Origin: an uncultured Acidimicrobiaceae bacterium
GTDB taxonomy: Bacteria > Actinomycetota > Acidimicrobiia > Spongiisociales > UBA5794
Assembly (NCBI GenBank): GCA_964596225.1
Contig: CAZQUB010000002.1
Span: 1 to 57,421, forward strand
Reading direction: 5' to 3'
DNA length: 57,421 bases
Part shown: positions 11,793 to 19,934 of the stretch, in pieces
Layout: the number at the start of each line of letters is the position of its first letter
How positions within the stretch are numbered: the first letter of the stretch is position 1
Notes under the pieces: generated by a model
The model's input: the letters and a program-made list of their open reading frames with translations, nothing else
The model's database searches: none
What the model was told of the DNA's origin: nothing
Made by a program: the position numbers and the translations under genes

Positions 11793-13172
11793 TCACGTTC
11801 TCCTCAGGTCTTGGGACAACGACGTCACCTGTTGGTAGACCATGGCGTCGCTCTGCATGAGCGTCTTGATCTTCTCGACGGCATGCAGGACCGTGGTGTG
11901 ATCTCTTCCCCCGAACGCGGCGCCGATCTTGGGAAGGGAGAGACCGGTGTGGTCCCGGCACAGGTACATGGCGATCTGGCGGAAGCGAGCGAGTGGCTGC
12001 CGCCGGCTCGGCCCCACCAGATCGGAACGGGGGAACCCGCCCGCCATGCACACCCGCTCGATGATGTCGTTGGCGTCGACCGGATGGTTGCTACCGGACG
12101 GGCTGAGGTCGTGGAGCACCTCGCGGGCCATCTCGAGGGAGATGGTCTCGTGCGTGAGGGCGGCGTAGGCGGTGACGCGGGTCAACGCCCCTTCGAGTTC
12201 CCGGATGTTGTCGAGGACGTTCTCGGCGATGAACGAGAGGACGTCGGGCGGGACCGGGAGGGGTGCGAACTCGGCGTTCTTGCGGAGAATGGCGAGCCGG
12301 GTCTCGACGTCGGGCGGCTGGATATCGGTGAGGAGGCCCCACTCGAAGCGGCTACGAAGCCGGTCCTGAAGGGTGTTGAGGTGACGGGGGTGGCGATCGG
12401 AGCTGATGACCAGCTGGCGCCCGGCCTCGTACAGGCTGTTGAAGGTGTGGAAGAACTCCTCGAGGATCTGCTCCTTCCCTTCGAAGAACTGCACGTCGTC
12501 GAGGAGGAGCAGGTCGGTGGTGCGGTAGCGCTCTTTGAAGGCATCCATCCGCTTGCGGCGGATCCCGGAGATGAACTCGTTGAAGAACTGTTCGGAGGAG
12601 ATGTAGCGGACGATCGAGCGCGGCTCGGTCTCGCGCCGGAACCGTCCCACCGCGTGGAGCAGGTGGGTCTTCCCGAGCCCGGCCTCCGCGTAGAGGAACA
12701 GCGGGTTGTAGTGGCTCCCGGGCTGTTCGGCGACTGCCATGGCCGCGGCGTGGGCGAAGCGGTTGGAGGGACCGACGACGAAGTTGTCGAACGTGTACTT
12801 GGTGGTGATCGGCTGGGAGAGGGCGTCGTCGCCCGTGGTGGCCGGTGTGGGTGTGGAGACGGGGTCGGACTCTCGCAGATCGATGGTGCTCGGTTCTCCC
12901 CCGGACTCCTCGACCTGGAGGCTGACGTGCAGGTCGGCGCCGAACACCGCCTCGGTGGCCTCCTCGATGGCCTCGAGATGTTGATCACGCACCCAGCGCA
13001 GGTGAAAATCCGACGGCGCCACGAGGACGAGTGAGCCTTCGGACAGCACTGGGTGCAGCGGAGCGACCCAGGTCTTCCATGCGACCGGGCTGATCCGGTC
13101 TTGGATTTCGGCGTGGAACGCGTCCCAATCGGTGGACGCGGGTTGTGGTTCGACTGATGCCATGTTTCTCAT
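11793..13172 (-). CDS. dnaA: Chromosomal replication initiator DnaA
   Basis: AAA+ Walker A GLGKTHLLHA, Walker B LLLLDDVQF, sensor/box VII, C-terminal DNA-binding domain (HTTVLHAVEKI). The start is uncertain (ATG 13172 or ATG 13163). The track start at 13373 would run through the DnaA boxes and is rejected. Confidence 0.95.
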   Translation of the reverse strand: MRNMASVEPQPASTDWDAFHAEIQDRISPVAWKTWVAPLHPVLSEGSLVLVAPSDFHLRWVRDQHLEAIEEATEAVFGADLHVSLQVEESGGEPSTIDLRESDPVSTPTPATTGDDALSQPITTKYTFDNFVVGPSNRFAHAAAMAVAEQPGSHYNPLFLYAEAGLGKTHLLHAVGRFRRETEPRSIVRYISSEQFFNEFISGIRRKRMDAFKERYRTTDLLLLDDVQFFEGKEQILEEFFHTFNSLYEAGRQLVISSDRHPRHLNTLQDRLRSRFEWGLLTDIQPPDVETRLAILRKNAEFAPLPVPPDVLSFIAENVLDNIRELEGALTRVTAYAALTHETISLEMAREVLHDLSPSGSNHPVDANDIIERVCMAGGFPRSDLVGPSRRQPLARFRQIAMYLCRDHTGLSLPKIGAAFGGRDHTTVLHAVEKIKTLMQSDAMVYQQVTSLSQDLRRT

Positions 13173-13191
13173 GTCGGTGGGGCCGATCTGC

Positions 13192-13223
13192 GTATCCACA
13201 CACCTATCCACAGTTGTGGAGAA
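13192..13223. promoter_or_regulatory. Cluster of three DnaA boxes immediately upstream of dnaA
   Basis: GTATCCACA (13192-13200), CTATCCACA (13204-13212) and inverted TTCTCCACA (13215-13223). Each is one mismatch from TT[A/G]TCCACA. Confidence 0.7.
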
Positions 13224-13565
13224 GGACATGCAGACACAGCCGGTGCCGCGAGTGCGTCCATTCCTACCGGGGAAGTGGCGGGGGTACCGCCGAGGCGACG
13301 GCGAGTATATGAAATTGGAGACAGCCACGGCAAGAGCGCCAAAACGCGCGGTGACACCGCGAATCGAGACCACCCTGACGTTCTCGATTCCCTTGAGTCA
13401 CAACGGTATCGGAGATTCGGGGCCGCCTCTCATCGCCCTCGGTGGCACGCCGAATCGGGCTCTGGAGGGCTTATTCTTTCTTTCGCGGGGAACGCGGACT
13501 TTTCGCGCCATGGCCCCCGAGGAGGGGATCGGACCGGGGGCGCGGCGATATCCCGGGTATTGGCT

Positions 13566-13595
13566 TTGACAATGATCGGACACCGTCCGTAACCT
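13566..13595 (+). promoter_or_regulatory. Candidate rpmH promoter (TTGACA - 18 nt - TAACCT)
   Basis: Perfect -35 TTGACA at 13566-13571 and -10-like TAACCT at 13590-13595, about 40 nt upstream of the rpmH ATG. Confidence 0.35.
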
Positions 13596-13635
13596 GTCGG
13601 CCCATACCGCAACTTCCGTTCTGGGTCTTCCTTCC

Positions 13636-13770
13636 ATGAAACGTACCTATCAGCCAAACGTGCGCCGCCGCAAGCGGAAGCACGGGTTCCGCGCCCGCAT
13701 GCAGACGCGAGCCGGACGTTCCCTCATCAAGCGTCGCCGTGCCAAAGGCCGGCAGCGACTCACCGCGTAG
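13636..13770 (+). CDS. rpmH: 50S ribosomal protein L34
   Basis: Not in the ORF track (44 aa). I translated it by hand as [44 protein letters not shown], the canonical L34 sequence. Confidence 0.95.
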   Translation: MKRTYQPNVRRRKRKHGFRARMQTRAGRSLIKRRRAKGRQRLTA

Positions 13771-14116
13771 GGGGCGTCCCTATCGTCCGCTGCGCGGACA
13801 TGGTGCGTTCACCCGGATCTACCGGACCGGTAGGCGAGTCCGTCGAGGGAACGTGACCGCGATCACCTCTCCGGAGGGCTCGGGTCTCCCCCTGGTGGGA
13901 TTTGTGGCGGGGAAGCGGATCGGGAATGCGGTCGCACGGAACCGGGCGAAGCGCCGGCTTCGTGAGGCGACATGTCGGGTGCCGCTGCGGCGGGACGCGA
14001 CATATGTCGTGATCGCCGAGGCAGGTGTGAACGACGTGGGGTTCGGCACCCTCGTCGAGTGGCTGCGGGAAGCAGTACTCGCAGGAGAGGCCGGGGTCCG
14101 CGAGGAGGATGAGTGA
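13739..14116 (+). CDS. rnpA: Ribonuclease P protein component
   Basis: 125 aa. RNR motif [14 protein letters not shown]. The only canonical in-frame start that keeps the conserved N-terminus is GTG 13739, which overlaps rpmH by 32 nt in another frame. Confidence 0.85.
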   Translation: MPKAGSDSPRRGRPYRPLRGHGAFTRIYRTGRRVRRGNVTAITSPEGSGLPLVGFVAGKRIGNAVARNRAKRRLREATCRVPLRRDATYVVIAEAGVNDVGFGTLVEWLREAVLAGEAGVREEDE

Positions 14117-14394
14117 ACGAGAACGAGAAGCGGCGACGGCCCTTCCACCCCTCGTGGTGGGTGCTGGGTGCGATCGCGTCGTATCGCCGGTTCATCTCTC
14201 CCCTCCTCGGGACACGGTGCCGCTATCACCCAACCTGCTCGGCGTACGCAGCAGAGGCCATCGAGGTTCATGGCCTCCGACGCGGCATATGGCTGGCGAC
14301 CAAACGCGTCGGCCGGTGCCATCCCTGGCATGAGGGCGGGTTCGATCCGGTGCCGAGGCCGGGCCGGATGCCGTCGGAAGAAGTCGCGGCATGA
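14113..14394 (+). CDS. yidD: Membrane protein insertion efficiency factor YidD
   Basis: 93 aa. Hallmark [22 protein letters not shown]...HG and [13 protein letters not shown]. 4-nt overlap with rnpA. Confidence 0.9.
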   Translation: MNENEKRRRPFHPSWWVLGAIASYRRFISPLLGTRCRYHPTCSAYAAEAIEVHGLRRGIWLATKRVGRCHPWHEGGFDPVPRPGRMPSEEVAA

Positions 14395-15269
14395 ATCCCT
14401 GGGATCTCCTCCTGAAGGGCCTCGGGGCGACGATGTCGTTCTTCTACGACATCATTCCAAATTATGGGTTTGCCATCATCATGCTCACGCTGGTCGTCAG
14501 CATGCTGCTGTTCCCGCTGACGCTGAAGCAGACCCGCTCGATGAAGGCGATGCAGGAGATCCAGCCTGAGATCAAGCGGATCCAGAAGGAGTACAAGTCG
14601 GATCGCGAGGAGCTGAACAAGCAACTTCTCGCCTTCTACAAGGAACACAACATCAATCCGGCGGCGGGATGCCTACCGCTGCTGGTGCAGATGCCGATCT
14701 GGTTCGCCCTGTTCCGGGTGCTCCGTGTCGGCGAAGTGAACGGCGCCCTCAGCCACGACTACATCCCTTCGGGGGGCCTGGCCGACGCCATCATCGCCCA
14801 CAAGACGAGTTTCTTGGGCATGGACCTGCTCGTCTCCCCCAACCAGGCGGCGGTGAACGGGATCGTGCATGCACTTCCCTATATTTTCCTGGTTGCGCTC
14901 GTGGTCGTCACGGGTGTCGTCCAGAGCTGGCAGATGACGCGCCGGCGCAAGGCGCAGGAGGACGGGAAGAAGGAGGAGAGCAAGCAGGCCCAGCAGATGC
15001 AGACGATCACCAAGTTCATGCCGCTGCTGATGGGCGTGTTCTCGTGGGGATTCCCGACCGGCCTGGTGCTGTACTTCGTGACCTCGAACGTGTTCCGCAT
15101 CGGCCAGCAGTCGCTCATCTTCCGCATCGACGAGGGCGGCTCGGCTGGGGACCGGGACAGCTCGGGCGGGCGATCCAAGCCAGGAGACGGCAGCAACGGC
15201 GACGAACCGCCGCAGCCGACCAGGCCGTCTCCCCACGCCAGCAAGAAGCGCAAGAGGCGCAGGAGGTAG
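14391..15269 (+). CDS. yidC: Membrane protein insertase YidC (short actinobacterial form)
   Basis: 292 aa. 60-kDa-IMP core ([47 protein letters not shown]), basic C-tail. ATGA overlap with yidD. Confidence 0.93.
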   Translation: MNPWDLLLKGLGATMSFFYDIIPNYGFAIIMLTLVVSMLLFPLTLKQTRSMKAMQEIQPEIKRIQKEYKSDREELNKQLLAFYKEHNINPAAGCLPLLVQMPIWFALFRVLRVGEVNGALSHDYIPSGGLADAIIAHKTSFLGMDLLVSPNQAAVNGIVHALPYIFLVALVVVTGVVQSWQMTRRRKAQEDGKKEESKQAQQMQTITKFMPLLMGVFSWGFPTGLVLYFVTSNVFRIGQQSLIFRIDEGGSAGDRDSSGGRSKPGDGSNGDEPPQPTRPSPHASKKRKRRRR

Positions 15270-15272
15270 TGA

Positions 15273-16175
15273 GTGATGAATTGGGTGGAGGCAGTCGGCA
15301 AGACGGTGGACGAGGCCGTCGCCGAGGCCATGAAGGCGCTCGAGATCGAGTCCCGCGACCAGGTGGACGTGGAGATCCTCGAGGAGCCGAAGGCCGGCTT
15401 CCTGGGCCTCGGGGGCAAGGAGGCGCTGGTGAGGGTGACCGCGAAACCGAAGCCCAAGCGCCGCCGGCGCCGCCGGTCGCACTCCAAAGGAACCGAAGGG
15501 GACGGAGGGAATGCCGAACGGGACTCCGAGCGGAGCCGCACGTCCTCGAAGGATGGCAAGGGTCGCAAGAATCAGCGACCCGAGAAGAAGCAGCAGAAGG
15601 ATCGACAGCCACGCGATCGGCGAAGTGACCGGGAGGGCCGAACCATGCCCCGCAATGGGCCGGAGCAGGCGCGCAACGACAACGACAACGACAACATGGA
15701 GGCCGACCGCCACGCCGATATCGAGCAGCAGGCCGAGATCGCCAAGGCTTTCGTCGACGGCCTGATCGAGGCATTTGGGCTGGAGGGAGACGTCGCGACT
15801 CGGATCGAGGACGACGTGCTCTACATCGACATCAACGGGGAGCAGACCGAGGCATTGATCGGCCCCCGAGGGTCGGTGATGCAGTCGATCCTGGAGTTGA
15901 CGCGCACCGTGGTGCAGCGCAAGACGTACGGCGCGCCGCGCATGCGGATAGATATCTCCGGGTACGCCGAGCGCCGCCGCGAGGCCCTCAACATCTACGC
16001 CCGGAAACTGGCCGACCGGGTGCTCTCGGAGGGTGGCGAGGTGATGCTCGAGCCCATGAATCCGGCGGATCGTAAGGTCGTGCACGACGCGGTGGCGGAG
16101 ATCGAGGGTGTCCGGTCCTTCTCTGAGGGCGAGGATCCTCACCGCTCCGTGGTGATCGCCGCGGTGACCGACTGA
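15273..16175 (+). CDS. jag: Jag/KhpB-type RNA-binding protein (Jag_N, KH, R3H domains)
   Basis: 300 aa. Jag_N (GKTVDEAVAEAMKALEI), a basic low-complexity linker, a KH-like region and a C-terminal R3H region (EPMNPADRKVVHDAV). AGGAGG RBS at 15261-15266. Confidence 0.88.
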   Translation: MMNWVEAVGKTVDEAVAEAMKALEIESRDQVDVEILEEPKAGFLGLGGKEALVRVTAKPKPKRRRRRRSHSKGTEGDGGNAERDSERSRTSSKDGKGRKNQRPEKKQQKDRQPRDRRSDREGRTMPRNGPEQARNDNDNDNMEADRHADIEQQAEIAKAFVDGLIEAFGLEGDVATRIEDDVLYIDINGEQTEALIGPRGSVMQSILELTRTVVQRKTYGAPRMRIDISGYAERRREALNIYARKLADRVLSEGGEVMLEPMNPADRKVVHDAVAEIEGVRSFSEGEDPHRSVVIAAVTD

Positions 16176-16214
16176 GCCCGAGGCCGTTGCCTCGAGGACG
16201 GCCCGGATCGCCGT

Positions 16215-16907
16215 GTGGCGTGTACGCTTTGGGTGATGTTTCACGTTGAACATGGCCTCCCCGACGCGGTTCTGCGGGCCGCAGCTTGGGTCGGCACCCC
16301 TCTCCTTCCACCACAAGTCGAATCTCTCCACCGCTACGTCGACTGGCTCCAGGTCGAAGCGGTCGAGGCGGGTGGTCTCGGCCCCTCTGAGCCCGACCGG
16401 ATCTGGACCCGCCACATTGCCGACTCGCTGACCTTCGCGATCGGAACCCGTGACAGGTGTTCGACGGCGCTCGACGTCGGTTCCGGCGTCGGGCTCCCCG
16501 GAATCCCTCTCGCCATCCTGCTCCCCCACTGTTTCTTCACGCTCCTGGATCGCTCCGGCCGTCGCTGCCATCTCCTTGGCCGGGCTGGGCGCATACTCGC
16601 CCTCCCCAACATCGAGGTCGTTCACGGTGCCCTCACCGACGTGGTCGATCGCTTCGACCTCGTCACCTTGCGGGGGTCGCTGACCTTGATCGAAGCCATG
16701 GACCAGGTCCCCAGGGTCGTTTCCCCGGGTGGAATCGGTGTCTTCGGCCTGAGTCACGGGGCTCGCGACCGTCCCGAGGGTCTCGCGACGGCACAGGACG
16801 CAGGTTGGGAGATGGTTGAGATTCCGTACGAGATCCTTGACTCGCCGGCCCGACTTCTTAGGATGACGGCACCACCATCTCCGGGAGGAACCGATGACGT
16901 CGCGTAA
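16215..16907 (+). CDS. rsmG: 16S rRNA (guanine527-N7)-methyltransferase RsmG/GidB
   Basis: SAM-binding LDVGSGVGLPGIPLA and the N-terminal MFHVEH signature. The start is GTG 16215 or ATG 16236. Confidence 0.9.
   Translation: MACTLWVMFHVEHGLPDAVLRAAAWVGTPLLPPQVESLHRYVDWLQVEAVEAGGLGPSEPDRIWTRHIADSLTFAIGTRDRCSTALDVGSGVGLPGIPLAILLPHCFFTLLDRSGRRCHLLGRAGRILALPNIEVVHGALTDVVDRFDLVTLRGSLTLIEAMDQVPRVVSPGGIGVFGLSHGARDRPEGLATAQDAGWEMVEIPYEILDSPARLLRMTAPPSPGGTDDVA
16237..16252. promoter_or_regulatory. Degenerate parS-like site embedded in the first rsmG codons
   Basis: TGTTTCACGTTGAACA versus canonical TGTTTCACGTGAAACA (two mismatches). It lies in codons MFHVEH, the position where many genomes encode MFHVKH from a perfect parS. 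Confidence 0.4.
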
Positions 16908-17676
16908 TGCGACGATCGTCGCCGTCGCCAATCAAAAAGGCGGCGTCGGCAAATCCACGACTGCGATCAACCTCGGTGCCGCCCTCGCCTTCCAAGGGGA
17001 ACGGATCCTCCTGGTCGACCTCGATCCGCAGGGCAACACGACCTCCGGCCTGGGGATCGATCGAGGAGCGCTCGAATACTCGATCTACGACACGCTCATC
17101 AACGACGTCGCCGTCGAGGACGTGGTCGAGCCGACATCGGTGCGGGATCTCTTTGTCCTCCCCGCCACCATCCAGCTGGCCGGAGCCGAAATCGAGCTGG
17201 TGTCGATGTTCTCCCGGGAGAATCAGCTGGCACGGGCCTTGAAACCGGCGGTGGGGGAGTACGACTTCATGCTCGTGGACTGTCCGCCCTCCCTCGGCCT
17301 TCTCACCGTCAATGGCCTGGCGGCGGCCCACGAGGTCGTCATTCCGATTCAGTGCGAGTATTACGCCCTCGAGGGGGTGACGCAGCTCATGAGCAACATC
17401 CAGCTCGTGCAGCGGAACCTCAACCCTCAGCTTGAAGTTGAAGGTGTCATCCTCACCATGTTCGACGGGCGGACCACACTGTCCTCGGACGTCGTCGACC
17501 AAGTGCGGGAGCACTTTGGTGAGACGACCTACCGTGCGGTCATCCCGCGGACGGTTCGCCTCTCCGAGGCGCCGTCCTACGGGGAGCCCATCGAGGCCTA
17601 CGACCCGATGTCGCGAGGCGCCATCGCGTACCGCGAGCTCGCTCGGGAGTTCAGGAGGCGCCATGGCCGCACGTAA
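16894..17676 (+). CDS. parA: Chromosome partitioning ATPase ParA/Soj
   Basis: 260 aa. Deviant Walker A NQKGGVGKSTT, Walker B MLVDCPPS. Confidence 0.95.
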   Translation: MTSRNATIVAVANQKGGVGKSTTAINLGAALAFQGERILLVDLDPQGNTTSGLGIDRGALEYSIYDTLINDVAVEDVVEPTSVRDLFVLPATIQLAGAEIELVSMFSRENQLARALKPAVGEYDFMLVDCPPSLGLLTVNGLAAAHEVVIPIQCEYYALEGVTQLMSNIQLVQRNLNPQLEVEGVILTMFDGRTTLSSDVVDQVREHFGETTYRAVIPRTVRLSEAPSYGEPIEAYDPMSRGAIAYRELAREFRRRHGRT

Positions 17677-18517
17677 GACCGGGCTCGGACGGGGTCTCGA
17701 CGCCCTGATTCCGGTGGAGCGACCGGGGTCCGGGTATGCGGTCGTTCCCCTGGATCGGATCTCCCCCAACCCTCACCAGCCTCGTAGCCATTTCGGCGAG
17801 GAGTCGCTCTCCGCGTTGGCCGATTCGATCCGTGAGGTGGGCGTCCTCCAGCCGGTGGTCGTCCGCCCGGGCCCTGAGGCCGGCGTCTACCTGCTCGTGG
17901 CAGGGGAGCGCCGCTGCCGTGCCGCCCGACTCGCCGGGTTGGCCGAGGTCCCGGTGATCATCCGCGACAACGCGGACGACACCGCCAGCCTGACCGAAGC
18001 CCTGATCGAGAACGTCCAGCGGGAAGACCTCTCGCCCCTCGAGGAGGCGGCCGGCTACCGAGACCTTATGGAAAATTATGCTATGACCCACGAGCAGATC
18101 GCCGGCCGGGTGGGGAAGAGCCGGAGTGGGGTCACCAACACGCTGCGCCTCCTGCAACTCCCCGCCGCGATCCAGGGCATGCTCGGCCGGGGCGAGCTGG
18201 CGGCGGGGCATGCCCGCGCCCTCCTCGGGTTGGAGGACGATGCGTATGCGGTCCACATCGCCCGGCGCGCCGCGGCGGAAGGCTGGTCGGTGCGAGAGGT
18301 GGAGGACGCGGTGCGGGCACGTTCCGGACATTCCGCCGCGCCACGGACCCGAAGTCCCAAGCTACGACCGGCCGCAATCGTCGAGTTGGAAGATCGGCTC
18401 GGCGAGTACCTCAGCACCAACGTCAAGATCGACTACAGCGGTCGCGGAGGCAAGGTGGTGATTCGCTTCACGTCCCTCGACGACCTGGAGCGGATCTATC
18501 GCCAGTTCTACGTCTGA
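17663..18517 (+). CDS. parB: Chromosome partitioning protein ParB/Spo0J
   Basis: ATG 17663 preceded by AGGAGG (17653-17658). GLGRGLDALIP, ParB box PNPHQPR, GERRCRAA, LIENVQREDLSPLEEA, HTH. The track ORF start at 17432 is an over-extension into parA. Confidence 0.95.
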   Translation: MAARKTGLGRGLDALIPVERPGSGYAVVPLDRISPNPHQPRSHFGEESLSALADSIREVGVLQPVVVRPGPEAGVYLLVAGERRCRAARLAGLAEVPVIIRDNADDTASLTEALIENVQREDLSPLEEAAGYRDLMENYAMTHEQIAGRVGKSRSGVTNTLRLLQLPAAIQGMLGRGELAAGHARALLGLEDDAYAVHIARRAAAEGWSVREVEDAVRARSGHSAAPRTRSPKLRPAAIVELEDRLGEYLSTNVKIDYSGRGGKVVIRFTSLDDLERIYRQFYV

Positions 18518-19491
18518 TCGACCGGCGGCCTCCGGTCGCGGGAGGCCAGGAGATCGATGAGGCCTTGCGCTACCTTCCCCGCCGCCCGGTCGTCCATCGG
18601 GTCGGCCGCCACCAGGATCGCGGGGGACTGGGTGTTCTTCAGCATCGGGACGGCCCGCCCATGGATCGAAAGGCCGAGCCGCTGAGCCACCGACGCCGCC
18701 AGCGCGGAGCCCGCATCGGATCGGCTGTGCGCCGAGGCGAAGTAATAGACGGCGGGGTCCCCGTCGCGGGGGAGACACAACGAGATGATGATGTCGACGC
18801 CGAGGCGGTTGGCGCGGAGGGCACGCACCCGCTGGGTCGGGGTGGTGTCGGCACTGCGGGAGAGAACCGGGATGCCTCCCAAATCCTGGATGATCCGTGT
18901 CAGGGTGAGGGCCGCCTGCCACGTTGCTGCCGCCTCGGCGTCGTCGCGGCAGTAGGCATCCACGTAGATGCGCAAGCCGGCGACGGTGGGGGGGAGGTTC
19001 TCGAGCCAGACGTGGTCCCGGACGACCTCCCTCCCCGGTTTGTCGGTGGCCCGGCTCATCAGGTCGAGTTCGGCGGCGAAGTCATGGCTCACGATCCCGT
19101 CCTCGCCCATACGTCGGTTCGCCTGGAACTCGAGCACGGCCCGGAGCGTGTCAGCCCCGAAGATGCCGTCCACCTTGCGGGCATCGAACCCGAGCGCGTT
19201 GAGGCGCCGCTGCAGGTCGGCGACGTCATCGCCCCGCATCATCGGGATCCGGTGGTAGAGCGGGCGTTGTCCGAGCCGGTACCCGGCGGCGACCAGCGCC
19301 CGCCAGGTGTCGGTGCCGATGATGCCGTCGACTTCGAGCGATCTCGCCTGCTGGAAGGAACGCACCGCGGATTCCGTTCCCGGCCCGTACCTGCCGTGGG
19401 GGTCGGGCTCGGTGCTGAACCCCAGCGCGCGCAGCCGGTCCTGGATGTCTCGGACCGGCTCCCCTTCGTCACCGCTGCGATAGAGCCTCAC
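18508..19491 (-). CDS. CwlM-like protein: two PG-binding-1 repeats plus a degenerate Amidase_3 domain, no signal peptide
   Basis: 327 aa. Two PG_binding_1 repeats (VRDIQDRLRALGF..., VADLQRRLNALGF...). The Amidase_3-like C-terminus reads VDAYCRD and SLCLP where the family has DPGHGG and SxHxD/N. Conserved trxB-trxA-cwlM order. Confidence 0.8.
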   Translation of the reverse strand: MRLYRSGDEGEPVRDIQDRLRALGFSTEPDPHGRYGPGTESAVRSFQQARSLEVDGIIGTDTWRALVAAGYRLGQRPLYHRIPMMRGDDVADLQRRLNALGFDARKVDGIFGADTLRAVLEFQANRRMGEDGIVSHDFAAELDLMSRATDKPGREVVRDHVWLENLPPTVAGLRIYVDAYCRDDAEAAATWQAALTLTRIIQDLGGIPVLSRSADTTPTQRVRALRANRLGVDIIISLCLPRDGDPAVYYFASAHSRSDAGSALAASVAQRLGLSIHGRAVPMLKNTQSPAILVAADPMDDRAAGKVAQGLIDLLASRDRRPPVDQT

Positions 19492-19503
19492 GGCTCCATG
19501 CTC

Positions 19504-19827
19504 TCACACAAATCCGGCGAGGTCCGCTTCGAGTTGGTGCTTCGAACGGGCACCGATCAGGCGCTTCTTCTCGACGCCGTCGGCGAAGACGATCATGGTG
19601 GGGATGCTCATGACCTCGTGGGCCATCGCCGCCTGCTGGTTCTCGTCCACGTTGAGCTTGGCGACGATCAACTTCCCGGGGTTGGCGCCGGCAATCTCGT
19701 CGAGCGGCCCCTCCATCAGGCGGCAGGGGGCGCACCATTCGGCCCAGAAATCGACGAGGACGGGGGTGGTCCCGGAAATCATGTCCGGCAGGGTGGCGTC
19801 GGTGGCGACGACGGTGTTGTTTCCCAT
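19504..19827 (-). CDS. trxA: Thioredoxin
   Basis: 107 aa from ATG 19827. Active site WCAPC (variant of WCGPC). Immediately downstream of trxB. Confidence 0.93.
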   Translation of the reverse strand: MGNNTVVATDATLPDMISGTTPVLVDFWAEWCAPCRLMEGPLDEIAGANPGKLIVAKLNVDENQQAAMAHEVMSIPTMIVFADGVEKKRLIGARSKHQLEADLAGFV

Positions 19828-19934
19828 GAGTGCGACCCGGTCCCGGGTCCTCACCTCCTCGAAGTGCGTCCTGTCGATGTGCCTCACACGGTGGCGATGC
19901 CGTCAACCACCGGCGCGGGGCGGTGCATTCCCGT

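Noticed and set aside
9581-11860. 759-aa plus-strand ORF covering recF and dnaN
   Set aside because: It is antisense to two unambiguous housekeeping genes. The composition is Arg/Pro/Gly/His-rich with no motifs. This is the typical long stop-free antisense frame of a very GC-rich genome.
11793-13373. Maximal ORF starts used as gene starts (dnaA 13373, parB 17432, trxB 21050, fadD 45153, kinase 48109, flippase-like 39437, nfo 53857, DASS 49062, etc.)
   Set aside because: The N-terminal extensions are Arg/Pro-rich, overlap upstream genes or regulatory sites (e.g. the DnaA boxes), and precede internal starts that have an RBS, stop/start coupling and family-typical N-termini.
13397-13405. GTCACAACG, resembling the MtrA-type GTCACAgcg motif reported at mycobacterial dnaA/oriC regions
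   Set aside because: It is a single 9-mer match from memory of a loosely defined motif, and no convincing direct-repeat partner is present. It cannot be told apart from chance.
14338-14348. GGGTTCGATCC, a tRNA T-loop-like string
   Set aside because: It lies inside the yidD codons for HEGGFDPVP. No flanking acceptor, D or anticodon stems can be drawn.
14673-16931. 752-aa minus-strand ORF antisense to yidC-jag-rsmG
   Set aside because: Same artefact. It spans three well-supported plus-strand genes and their junctions, and its sequence is low-complexity with no recognisable domain.
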